Below the pieces are notes generated by a model. It made no database searches. It was not told the origin of the DNA and worked only from the letters and a program-made list of their open reading frames with translations. A stretch of 22,472 bases of DNA from Candidatus Thorarchaeota archaeon. Its GTDB lineage: Archaea > Asgardarchaeota > Thorarchaeia > Thorarchaeales > Thorarchaeaceae. Location of the stretch: the NCBI GenBank assembly GCA_016933575.1, contig JAFGAR010000162.1, forward strand, positions 1 through 22,472, in the 5' to 3' direction. The translations under genes were made by a program, and so were the position numbers. Position 1 is the first letter of the stretch; each line of letters opens with the position of its first letter. This document shows positions 9,501-16,456 of the stretch, in pieces.

Positions 9501-9848
9501 GACGAAATGGGATGCACCATAGACCCATAGCTGTGTTCCATTCTCACCATGAAATGCAATAACTGCATCATCCTTTGTACCTATGATAACCTCAGGATAT
9601 GGATCTCCATCCAATTCGGCAACTGCAGGAGTTGAGAATATACCCATACCAGAGATGTGGCTACTCCATTTTACGGATACAGACGATACAACATAATCTT
9701 TCTTGACTTCAATGGGCTTGATTGAATTACTTTGAGTGATTTTGTTAACTCCTGCATAAGCGCCATAAAGAGAACACGAGGAAGTAGTGGAAGCAGCGAA
9801 GAATAGGCAAATCACAGCTAATAGTAGGACCTTCACCTTAATGGACAC
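3564..9848 (-). CDS. Giant single-pass surface protein: signal peptide, 8x FG-GAP/PQQ-like propeller, ~1100-aa Asp-rich (TSP3-like) stalk, TM helix, cytoplasmic helical module
   Basis: The ORF track gives 3564..9977. The likelier start is GTG 9848 (GGGGGT SD, then MSIKVKVLLLAVICLFFAA signal). Eight P.[LV][GA]D[VLI]D.DG..E[VI] repeats, 19 MPDGWE-type units, and TM SIIILLLGIVAIIGVGYG followed by basic RGIRQHQREARRLK. Confidence 0.9.
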   Translation of the reverse strand: MSIKVKVLLLAVICLFFAASTTSSCSLYGAYAGVNKITQSNSIKPIEVKKDYVVSSVSVKWSSHISGMGIFSTPAVAELDGDPYPEVIIGTKDDAVIAFHGENGTQLWVYGASHFVDSPIAVGDVDGDSKPEILAGDVAEKVFAINGESGSELWCNSYSNGIISSTALADLDKDGKLEVVFGTGDDYIRAVQGENGNSYWVKSETDYFQASPAIVDINNDGTLEVISANRDYWIRARNGQTGNIIWSFQALNTIESSPVVGDVDGDGKPEVICADVNNKLYAINAEDGSSLWNATCATSASPALGDVDNDGKLEVVVAGTDDWLHVLNGEDGSEVWKRAIGEFMWTNGPALGDVNGDNSLDIIIGSNNQLLHALNGSNGRMLWNYTAGNMIFAAPTLYDLDLDGRIEVVFADITGDIYVLDISDAGFRAFWQGNGGDFQRTRNVAFVDSDDDFLSEYTESVLGTDPDDSDSDNDNLPDGIEVVQYNTNPLESDSDDDSLSDWEEIITYSTNPLSNDTDLDHMPDGWEVTNSFDPIDSDDALLDADSDDLQNLYEYGNSTNPWNNDTDSDLMADGWEVINGLLPLIDDSADDPDNDLLSNYNEFLNDANPHNNDTDSDFMPDGWEVGNSLDPLVNDAGLDPDSDTLTNLQEYNLGINPRSNDTDSDQMDDGWEVAYSLDPLIDDSGGDLDFDTLSNLDEFQLGTKPNSTDSELDGMPDGWEIQYSLNPLSDDSGGDPDTDTLTNIEEYTLGTNPRDDDSDADGMRDDWEHDYSLNPLNSSDAKLDLDLDGLSNLGEYLNGTFPNNNDTDSDLMSDGWEVQYDLNPLSDDSAGDPDADTLTNLQEYNLNINPRSNDTDSDQMPDGWEVINTLNPLIDDSSEDPDNDLLNNLAEYSNGTDPNDNDSENDLMPDGWEVTNGLNPLFDDSGDDPDTDGLTNLLEHEWNTNPSNNDTDSDDLDDGAEVYTYSTNPNDSDSDDDNLTDGQEINIYGTDPNSSDSDSDNLDDGLEVLTYGTDPDNNDTDSDQMPDGWEVQYFLDPDNSTDAALDADADGLSNLAEYQHNTSPIDADSDNDLMPDGWEVANSLNATIDDSTNDPDLDTLSNLDEYQHTTNPHCNDTDSDLMPDGWEVLYNLDPLTNDSMNDADSDGLENLYELSYSTSPRNNDTDSDLVSDGDEVNVYHTIPTSNDSDMDTMSDGWEIAHLLDPLNATDAMDDNDYDALINELEYFYNTDPRNNDTDSDHMPDGWEVQYGLLPLVDDSLADPDNDLLTNRDEYEHQTFPDDADSDDDLMPDGWEVHYNLDPLSDDAGEDLDEDELTNLQEYGYQTHPGSNDTDSDLMPDGWEVSYSLDPLSNDSALDTDSDGVPNLVEYQNHTDPTDNDSDDDLMPDGWEMQYDLDPLVDDADSDMDLDALSNYQEYTIGTSPISADSDSDSMPDGWEYEHDLNPLLDDSGFDPDDDDLTNAEEYANLTDPGDSDTDSDSMPDGWEVLNGLNPTVDDASLDADGDGLTNLQEYTAGSNPGLTDSDGDGASDYWEVQNGFDPNDPQMPLVQVLALNTDSIIILLLGIVAIIGVGYGSRGIRQHQREARRLKAARTIDEIDRRLIEVTEYSRDDTKPIEDRLEHVQKFEWELEQQDPILVEFPDQLQELHFQIAEVTRLLEELNKQQAIKAEEARKEEELKRKPWLRFPELANGKPDSPRHIFNWITSELEECEKLVNQELFDDAIYHLRVLETHVEEQSSALKQFGSEVPENLAQRVQSHYQISYAKSLLRKAQNFYKQLSNFGAMSTSEASQWRASGKLNDLSADAFKFVNESYRAASEYDQPEIVAQATAVKSDLDELVRKLEITVNQESEHHEQLKSKIQSIHHMLDSNIESPNDIHDLLQKLHSSKSDLDAFEKRLPLSIDSKSELDQLKDQIREKTTSFQKQLEEMRAEALSLDTKHSLEDALKKSTSSGVTLEERIDILKKAIEESENTKDTLEAYPSIWAEISPLHDRVNNLLSEYQSIKERFEKKVELGPIANEDDARLTVRGYITQAQDSLIRLRSMNIESREYWDLKATNVTNLKQAEALSLHYSISGTIKTIRDLMKKIRDLR
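5214..8510 (-). repeat. Coding tandem repeats (~50 aa/~150 nt) DxDxDxMPDGWE...L[ND]P...D.D.D.L.N..EY...T.P
   Basis: Counted in the translation: 19 long units plus a terminal GASDYWE unit and interspersed ~24-aa short units. Visible on + as recurring TCCCA.CCATC.GGCAT. Confidence 0.9.
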
Positions 9849-10024
9849 AACCAAACCCCCAGGATAGCCGAGGCATCCCCGATAAGCATATGCAAAGCTC
9901 AAAATAAACTCTTTTACTTCGATAGTCAAATATTCAATCTGGGAGCACCTTGATATACTTTGGAGTGTGAACCACATTAGCTCTATACCGTATATGGACT
10001 CTCTGGATTCTAGCTAGACTCCAT

Positions 10025-11284
10025 TCAGTTGGCTGAATAGAAATCACGATCAGGATTGATTCTTGAATTCTCACGAAGAGATTTCATTATTCTCCAAATA
10101 GCCTCAAGGCGGTCTGTTAGATTGAAACGCTGAGCAATTGCTTCGGCTTCTTTCAAATCAACGATTGCCTTCTCTTTCAATTGCCAGTATTGCCTATCAT
10201 CAAGTTGTGATACAGAGAGTTGCTTCTCTATGTTCCGAACCTGCAGAATGAATCCATCAATTGTCAATTGTGCATCATCAGCATCTATAATCTGGTAGTA
10301 TGTTTCGCCTTGTGAGCTTATGTTTCTCAGGATGGACTTGTAGGTATTTGCCAAGTGAGTAGATTCCTCAATTAGATGCTTGATTCTACCACTTGGTGTG
10401 CTGCTCACAGGATATTGAGAACTCAGGTCCTTTTCTCGTTCCAAAGCAGTCTCAAGGAGTGCAATCCTTTTTTCAAGTGGCACTTCCTGTATTTTAGATT
10501 GGATTATTGCGGTGGTAAGTAGTTGATCTATCGCGAGATTCAATTCCAGTATGTGTTTGACAGAGAGAGCTTGAGCATGAAGCTTCTCAAGATTACTTTG
10601 ATCAGATACATCAAGAGCAGCATCAATGAACTCAAATGCCTGTTTCCGATGAGATTCCAAGTTTCCAGATTCCGCGTACTCTTTGCTATCGGTATTTGTA
10701 ATGAGGTCTAGCATGCTTTGAGCACGACGTATGTTCATTCGAACAATTGCAATTTGATACACTTTGTCAGCTTTTGAGGAGAGAGCGAATGGAATGTCAT
10801 CACCAAGTTGCTTTAATTTGGATTTGTGTTTCTTTATTTGTGATTTCAAATACAGCAAGCATTTGACAGTATCATCAAGGTTATTTTCATTCAAGTGCGA
10901 ATTACATTCTGCTATTCCCTGATCTATCCATTCTGCGATATTTTGAGGAGAATAGGTTTTTCTCGTAGATAGTAGCATCCATGGACTAGTTCGAAGTATT
11001 TCTTCTTCTCTGATCCGCTCGTGCTCCTTTTCCTTTAAAACCTCAGATTTCTTATTCAGTTCACTTAGTTTCTGAATGACAGCATCACGATTTAGCATAA
11101 CTATTGATGACTCTTTAGACCTCAAGAAAGGATTACGAGTGTACTTATCGAGTTCTTTCAACAGGGACCTAAGATTCTCAATACGCTGATTGAGTGGTAT
11201 TGAATCATCGTTTGATTCAGTATACACATGATTGATCTTCCGAACAATCTCAACTACATCCTTTCTCATTGAATATCGCCCCAA
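10025..11284 (-). CDS. Helical protein homologous to the cytoplasmic tail of the flanking surface proteins (no head, stalk or TM)
   Basis: Shares DDSIPLNQRIENL, SPWM...SPQNIAEWI, EVPLEKRIALL and IIDADDAQLTIDGFILQ...QYWQLK...DLKEAEAI with both neighbours. Start is TTG 11284 or ATG 11269. Confidence 0.85.
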   Translation of the reverse strand: MGRYSMRKDVVEIVRKINHVYTESNDDSIPLNQRIENLRSLLKELDKYTRNPFLRSKESSIVMLNRDAVIQKLSELNKKSEVLKEKEHERIREEEILRTSPWMLLSTRKTYSPQNIAEWIDQGIAECNSHLNENNLDDTVKCLLYLKSQIKKHKSKLKQLGDDIPFALSSKADKVYQIAIVRMNIRRAQSMLDLITNTDSKEYAESGNLESHRKQAFEFIDAALDVSDQSNLEKLHAQALSVKHILELNLAIDQLLTTAIIQSKIQEVPLEKRIALLETALEREKDLSSQYPVSSTPSGRIKHLIEESTHLANTYKSILRNISSQGETYYQIIDADDAQLTIDGFILQVRNIEKQLSVSQLDDRQYWQLKEKAIVDLKEAEAIAQRFNLTDRLEAIWRIMKSLRENSRINPDRDFYSAN

Positions 11285-11376
11285 TTACACGGATTATTAC
11301 TGAAAATACCATTTGTTGAGTCTATGACCACTTTTTGTGATATGAGCCCTCCAAATGCTATTTTGAATAACACCTC

Positions 11377-14300
11377 CTATTGAATTTCACGAAGCGTTTT
11401 CATTAGGCCCCGAATCCTCACAACGCTTTCCACTAAATCATAATGAATTGCTAGTGCTTCAGCTTGTTTCAAATTGGTGACTGTAGTTCCCTTCAAATCC
11501 CAATATTCATCTGATTCGACATCTATATTCTTCAGCTGCGATAGCGCACAATCAGATTGGGAGATGAACCCTCTGACAGTAAGACGTGCATCTGCTTCGT
11601 TCGCTATAGATTGGAAAACGATGTCCGTATCGAATTTCTCTTTTATGGCCCTTATTTTCTCCAAATATGATTGAATCTTGTCTATGTTTGGAGAGAGTTT
11701 CTCCCATAGATCAGAATGAATCTCAAGTTGGTTCTTTGCACCGACAGCTCTGGATAACACAGTTACTAGAAGAGGGATTCTTTCTTCGATTGGGAGTTCA
11801 GAGGAAGATATCGTCTTATCGATGGCATTTTTCAGGGCGCCATCGATTTCAATTGCCAATGCTTCCGCGTTATTCCTGATCAGCTGTCGTTCTAGTGAAC
11901 GTATCTTATTCTGAATTTCTTGAGACAATGAATCGAATTCAGATTTTGATTGAACAGAGAGAGGTATTTGTTCTATGTAGGATTCAAGGTCTGATTTTGC
12001 CGATTCTAGTTTCTTCACTAGAGTTCTGATGTCATCAGATGAATCTGCTTTGGATTCTAAAACATCCCTTGTTGCACCTATCTTTTTCTGTAGTTGTGAA
12101 TGAAGCTTTGATTTGTGCTCTACATCATTCTCGAGGCGTTCAATCAATGATGCGATATCTTCTCTGATTGCGATTGCTTGAGCTTGGATTTCAGGTAGAT
12201 TATACTCCTTAGAGGCTTGAAATGATTCATCGACATAGTGCAAAGCTTCAGCAGAGAGACTTCGAATCTCTCCAGATTTCCTTCGCTCAGCTGCTTCAGA
12301 AGAACTCATAGTTTCGAATTCCGCTACTCTATTGAAGATGGCCTGAGCCTTTCGTAGAAGGGATTTAGAGTGAGCAACTCGAAAAGCATTTTCAATTTTT
12401 CCGGTTAGTTTCTCAGTATCAGCGGAGCTTATCTTTGTTAGTTTGGAAGATTGTTCATGCATATGAACATTCAGAATTTCCAATCGAGTATATGCATCAT
12501 CCAATAGGTCTTGATTCATAAGACTCTGACATTCTTTGAATTCGAACGAAATCCAGTTGAGTATATGTTGCGGTGAATCAGGCGTTCCATTGGTAAGGTT
12601 AGAATATCGCATCCAAGGTTTGCGTTTGAATTTAAGTTGCGTCCGAAGCTCTTCATCCCGCTCTTCCTTTTTCATCCGTAGCTCATCCAAAAGTGCTGTT
12701 GTCTTTGATAAGTACTCATAGAGCTCTTTTTGTTGAGTCGGAAATTCATCCAGAACACCCCACTGGCCTTTCAATTCATCCTTGAAACGCTCAACTTTTT
12801 CTATCCGTTGTTCTAGTGAGGTGTCACTTTCTTGTGAGTAGTTCAAGATATTATCCATTTGACTGTCAATACTTGACAGGGTCGCAATAGCTTGAGAAGC
12901 GCGAACTTGTACTCTCCGTTTATTATTATGGCGAATCCCATATCTAATCCCGACCATTGCGAGTAGACCTATGAGTACGAGTGCTATATTTCCAGAATTC
13001 AGTACAAGCATCTGGATAATTGATATCTCAGAATCATTGGGGTCAAATCCATTTTGGATCTCCCATAAATCCGATGCGCCATCACCATCCGAATCCGCAA
13101 GATTCGGATTGGTACCATGAGTATACTCTTCCAGATTGGTCAGACCATCTCCATCAGCATCTAGTGAAGCATCATTTACCAAAGGAATTAATCCATACTG
13201 GACCTCCCACCCATCAGGCATCAAGTCGGAGTCGGTATCGCTGCTTAGTGGATTCGTTCCTACCTCAAGAACCTCTCGACCATCTGATAGCGTATCATCA
13301 TCACTATCGCTATCTCCCGGATCTGTTAAGCACGCATATTCCTGAGCATTTGTCAGGTCGTCATCATCGGAATCGAGCGAGCTGTCATCGACAAGGGGAT
13401 TTAGACCATACTGGAGTTCCCAGCCATCTGGCATGGAATCCGAATCTGTGTCCGATAAATTGGGATTAGTGCTAGCTAGATACTCCTCATAGTTCGTAAG
13501 ATCATCTGAATCGGGGTCCAACCCTGCATCATTGAGTAGGGGATTGAGACCATACTGAACCTCCCAGCCATCGGGAATCAAGTCAGAGTCAGTATCACTA
13601 TTGATCGGATCAGTGCTATTCTGATACTCTTCCAGATTTAGCAAGCCATCTGAATCAGCATCAGCGGCCGAATCATTTGCAAGTGGATTCAATGAATATA
13701 TGACCTCCCAGCCATCGGGCATGAGATCGGAGTCGGTGTCATTGTTCTGGGGACTTGTTTGATGAACATACTCTTGGAGGTTGGTCAAATCATCATCATC
13801 GGGATCAAGTGATGCATCGTTGATTAGAGGATTCAGTGAGTGTTGTACTTCCCAACCATCGGGCATCTGATCTGTATCCGTGTCGTTACTAAGAGGATCT
13901 GTATGGTGGATGTGAACCTCAACACCATCGAGCAAAGTATCTGAATCGCAATCAGGATTGATAGGGGATGTACCGTTAGTGTACTCATCAACATTCACTA
14001 AGGTGTCTGTATCGTTATCATATTGCGTGTCATTCACGAGGGGATTCAGATTGTATTGGACTTCCCACCCATCAGGCATGGTGTCTGAGTCACTATCGTT
14101 TGACAGAGGATTTGTCCCGAGATTGTGTACCTCGATACCATCAAGTAGCGTGTCTGAATCAGAGTCATTATTCAGAGGATCGGTTCCATAGGAGAATATC
14201 TCATCCGGATCTATGAGTTGGTCTGAATCGGTATCATCTGAAAGAGGATCTGTCGAATATGTATTCACCTCATCATTATCCTTTATCGTATCGTCGTCAG

Positions 14301-15972
14301 AATCGTCATCATTAGGGAAGGTTCCTAGATAGAATTCTTCAAGATTCGTCAATGAATCAGAATCACTATCAGTTGCTGAATCATCTTCGTTTGGATTCAA
14401 ACCATACTGAACTTCCCAGCCATCGGGCATCAGATCTGAATCACTATCAGGATTTTGAGGTTCTGTCGAAGAGAGATATTCATCATAGTTTGAGAGACCA
14501 TCGGAATCTGTATCACTGCTAGCGTCATTGACAATAGGATTCAGTGAATGATAGACTTCCCACCAATCGGGCATCAGATCTGAATCAGAGTCCACTGAAT
14601 TAACGTTTGTACCTATAATCATTTCATACTCATCCGCAAGCATATCGTAGTCAGCGTCTAAATCATCAACCAATTTGTGTCCATCAAAGCAGTTTGATCC
14701 ATGTTGCGCTTGCCAGTAAATCATCGGACCACTACTAGCAGGATTAAGTACCTTCAACGTAGATCCAGTTATGAGAATCTCAAGTTGACCATCATTATCT
14801 AGATCTCCAAGAGTAGGGCAGGAATAATCGCAATTAATGTAGGCATCCCAAATGACTGAGCCATTGTGACCTTGACACGCATATACATGGCCATAGTTTG
14901 TAGCAACTACTACATCAAGATCGTTGTCACCATCAATATCTCCTAATGCAGGACTTGCCAAAAAAGAAGCTGAAACTGAAGGTTGGCTTGACCAACACTC
15001 GGACCCATCTTCTCCATTGAAGGCATAGAGCCACATATTCTCTGCGCCAATTACGACTTCAAGCCGACCATCTTTATCTACATCACCTAGAGCTGGAGAT
15101 GATCGTAGAACATTCTGAATTGTAGTATTCGACCAAAGAATTGTGCCATTCCAGTTTAGAGCAACCACGCTCCCTGAATATCCAGACCCGACCACAATAT
15201 CCAGCATGCCATCATTATTAATGTCACCCACAGCAGGTCCCAAGTAATACTCACCATACAAAGGAGATGTCAGCCAGAACGTCGTTCCGTTTCGCCCGTT
15301 GATTGCTCCAATCCTATTGGCTTCATCTGTATAGACTATCTCCAATTCGCCATCGTTATTGAGATCAGCAATAGCAGGACAACTCAACCAGACAGCTCTT
15401 ACAGACTTCCAACATTCAGAGCCGTCTTCTCCGTTTAGTGCATAAATATAATCAGGCGAATCTATGCAGATAATCACTTCAGGGGTACCATCAAGATCAA
15501 TATCAGCGATACTTGGAGTTGCTTGACAAGATGATCCCAAATCAATGGACCACAGCAGACTCCCTGATTCTCCATTGATCGCAAACATGACTCCGTTGGT
15601 ATCACATACCACGACCTCAGGTTTGCCATCAATGTCAATATCGCCAATCGCAGGTCCCGCATTATGACAGTCATATGTGGCGGGATATGACCATAGGAGA
15701 TTGCCATCCGGACCATTGAAAGCATAGACATTGTAAGTAGTCAGATCGCAGACAATTACATCGAGTGTTCCATCAGAATTGACATCATATATCGCTGAAG
15801 GGGAGAATGTCTGGTAGATAGACTTGGTCCAGAGGTTCGGCGGAGGATTTTCACTTAGCATTAGGTCTTGGTTCTGAGTGATTTGCGGATTTGGTACAAG
15901 TCCTCCAGACATGCAGTACAGACCCAAAATAACCGTAAGACAGACGAATATCAAGATTCTCACGCGATTCAA
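11377..15972 (-). CDS. Single-pass surface protein: signal peptide, 8x FG-GAP/PQQ-like propeller, ~545-aa Asp-rich stalk, TM helix, cytoplasmic helical module
   Basis: The ORF track gives 11377..16047. The likelier start is TTG 15972 (GGGAGTG SD, then MNRVRILIFVCLTVILGLY signal). Eight FG-GAP-like repeats, 8 MPDGWE-type units, and TM IALVLIGLLAMVGI followed by RHNNKRR. Confidence 0.9.
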   Translation of the reverse strand: MNRVRILIFVCLTVILGLYCMSGGLVPNPQITQNQDLMLSENPPPNLWTKSIYQTFSPSAIYDVNSDGTLDVIVCDLTTYNVYAFNGPDGNLLWSYPATYDCHNAGPAIGDIDIDGKPEVVVCDTNGVMFAINGESGSLLWSIDLGSSCQATPSIADIDLDGTPEVIICIDSPDYIYALNGEDGSECWKSVRAVWLSCPAIADLNNDGELEIVYTDEANRIGAINGRNGTTFWLTSPLYGEYYLGPAVGDINNDGMLDIVVGSGYSGSVVALNWNGTILWSNTTIQNVLRSSPALGDVDKDGRLEVVIGAENMWLYAFNGEDGSECWSSQPSVSASFLASPALGDIDGDNDLDVVVATNYGHVYACQGHNGSVIWDAYINCDYSCPTLGDLDNDGQLEILITGSTLKVLNPASSGPMIYWQAQHGSNCFDGHKLVDDLDADYDMLADEYEMIIGTNVNSVDSDSDLMPDWWEVYHSLNPIVNDASSDTDSDGLSNYDEYLSSTEPQNPDSDSDLMPDGWEVQYGLNPNEDDSATDSDSDSLTNLEEFYLGTFPNDDDSDDDTIKDNDEVNTYSTDPLSDDTDSDQLIDPDEIFSYGTDPLNNDSDSDTLLDGIEVHNLGTNPLSNDSDSDTMPDGWEVQYNLNPLVNDTQYDNDTDTLVNVDEYTNGTSPINPDCDSDTLLDGVEVHIHHTDPLSNDTDTDQMPDGWEVQHSLNPLINDASLDPDDDDLTNLQEYVHQTSPQNNDTDSDLMPDGWEVIYSLNPLANDSAADADSDGLLNLEEYQNSTDPINSDTDSDLIPDGWEVQYGLNPLLNDAGLDPDSDDLTNYEEYLASTNPNLSDTDSDSMPDGWELQYGLNPLVDDSSLDSDDDDLTNAQEYACLTDPGDSDSDDDTLSDGREVLEVGTNPLSSDTDSDLMPDGWEVQYGLIPLVNDASLDADGDGLTNLEEYTHGTNPNLADSDGDGASDLWEIQNGFDPNDSEISIIQMLVLNSGNIALVLIGLLAMVGIRYGIRHNNKRRVQVRASQAIATLSSIDSQMDNILNYSQESDTSLEQRIEKVERFKDELKGQWGVLDEFPTQQKELYEYLSKTTALLDELRMKKEERDEELRTQLKFKRKPWMRYSNLTNGTPDSPQHILNWISFEFKECQSLMNQDLLDDAYTRLEILNVHMHEQSSKLTKISSADTEKLTGKIENAFRVAHSKSLLRKAQAIFNRVAEFETMSSSEAAERRKSGEIRSLSAEALHYVDESFQASKEYNLPEIQAQAIAIREDIASLIERLENDVEHKSKLHSQLQKKIGATRDVLESKADSSDDIRTLVKKLESAKSDLESYIEQIPLSVQSKSEFDSLSQEIQNKIRSLERQLIRNNAEALAIEIDGALKNAIDKTISSSELPIEERIPLLVTVLSRAVGAKNQLEIHSDLWEKLSPNIDKIQSYLEKIRAIKEKFDTDIVFQSIANEADARLTVRGFISQSDCALSQLKNIDVESDEYWDLKGTTVTNLKQAEALAIHYDLVESVVRIRGLMKTLREIQ
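13028..14661 (-). repeat. Coding Asp-rich MPDGWE tandem repeats (stalk)
   Basis: 8 long units, short units and a terminal GASDLWE unit in the translation. Confidence 0.88.
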
Positions 15973-16225
15973 CTCATTACACTCCCAGATTCTTAGAATA
16001 TACTGGCATAAAATATCTTCTTTTCTATCGTTTGTCGATTCAGACACATCTAGGTGAATTATATGCCATGGTTGGAAGCATCAGATGGGATTACAGTCAA
16101 ATGAGCATGAGGTCGATCAGTAGTCAAATCCAAGAGTTGTTCTAGAGGAACATATGACTCACTAAAGAAACAGAAGTTATTTGAGCAGTAAATACACTGT
16201 AAAACGAGGTGGAGGAAGCAATCGG

Positions 16226-16414
16226 ATGGTAAAGTGTGATATCTGTGACCAGGGAAAGCCAACATTTGGTGCGATTCTGCAATGTAAGAAATGCGGCTTC
16301 AGAGTCTGTACTAGACATGAGAAGGAGCTGCAGATGAAGAACCCACTGATCGGGGGACCTTCGATGGTGTGTCCACGATGCAACAAGAGGATTCCACTAA
16401 AGCGAATAGCATAG
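16226..16414 (+). CDS. 62-aa two-zinc finger protein with FYVE-type ligand spacing
   Basis: ATG 16226 follows GAGGTGGAGG SD. Sequence MVK-CDIC-x12-CKKC-x4-CTRH-x17-CPRC-NKRIPLKRIA, TAG stop. The ORF track extends it to 16181. Confidence 0.8.
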   Translation: MVKCDICDQGKPTFGAILQCKKCGFRVCTRHEKELQMKNPLIGGPSMVCPRCNKRIPLKRIA

Positions 16415-16456
16415 AGATTCAGAATCTTCTAACCTAATTTCAAGAGTAATCAGACG

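Noticed and set aside
9849-9977. ORF-track N-terminal extensions of the large proteins (also 15973..16047, 20514..20537, 16181..16225, 20794..20814)
   Set aside because: Better starts with SD motifs lie downstream and put signal peptides or first motifs at the N-terminus. The two longest extensions overlap AT-rich promoter-like sequence.
11279-11312. Frameshift at a G4 run that would add MVFSVIIRVIG to the 419-aa protein as a membrane anchor
   Set aside because: Only 11 residues with an internal Arg, and the frame is closed by TAG just upstream. Too short for a TM helix, though it could be a relic.
5214-14661. Regular ~150-nt nucleotide repeats as a CRISPR array or DGR template/variable repeats
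   Set aside because: The repeats are in-frame coding units that vary mainly at synonymous positions. There is no repeat-spacer structure, no cas or reverse transcriptase gene, and no obvious adenine-specific pair.
3564-16047. Calling the FG-GAP proteins true integrins
   Set aside because: They have eight blades, no thigh/calf Ig domains and no GFFKR motif, and there is no beta-subunit (vWA) gene in the window.
16059-16386. Minus-strand ORFs 16059..16265 and 16177..16386
   Set aside because: Antisense to the zinc-finger gene, with no motif support.
16415-16427. Palindrome AGATTC-A-GAATCT between the convergent zinc finger and SBBP genes (also TCTAGCTAGA at 10009-10018)
   Set aside because: Stems of 5-6 bp with a 0-1 nt loop and no U-tract; not supportable as terminators.
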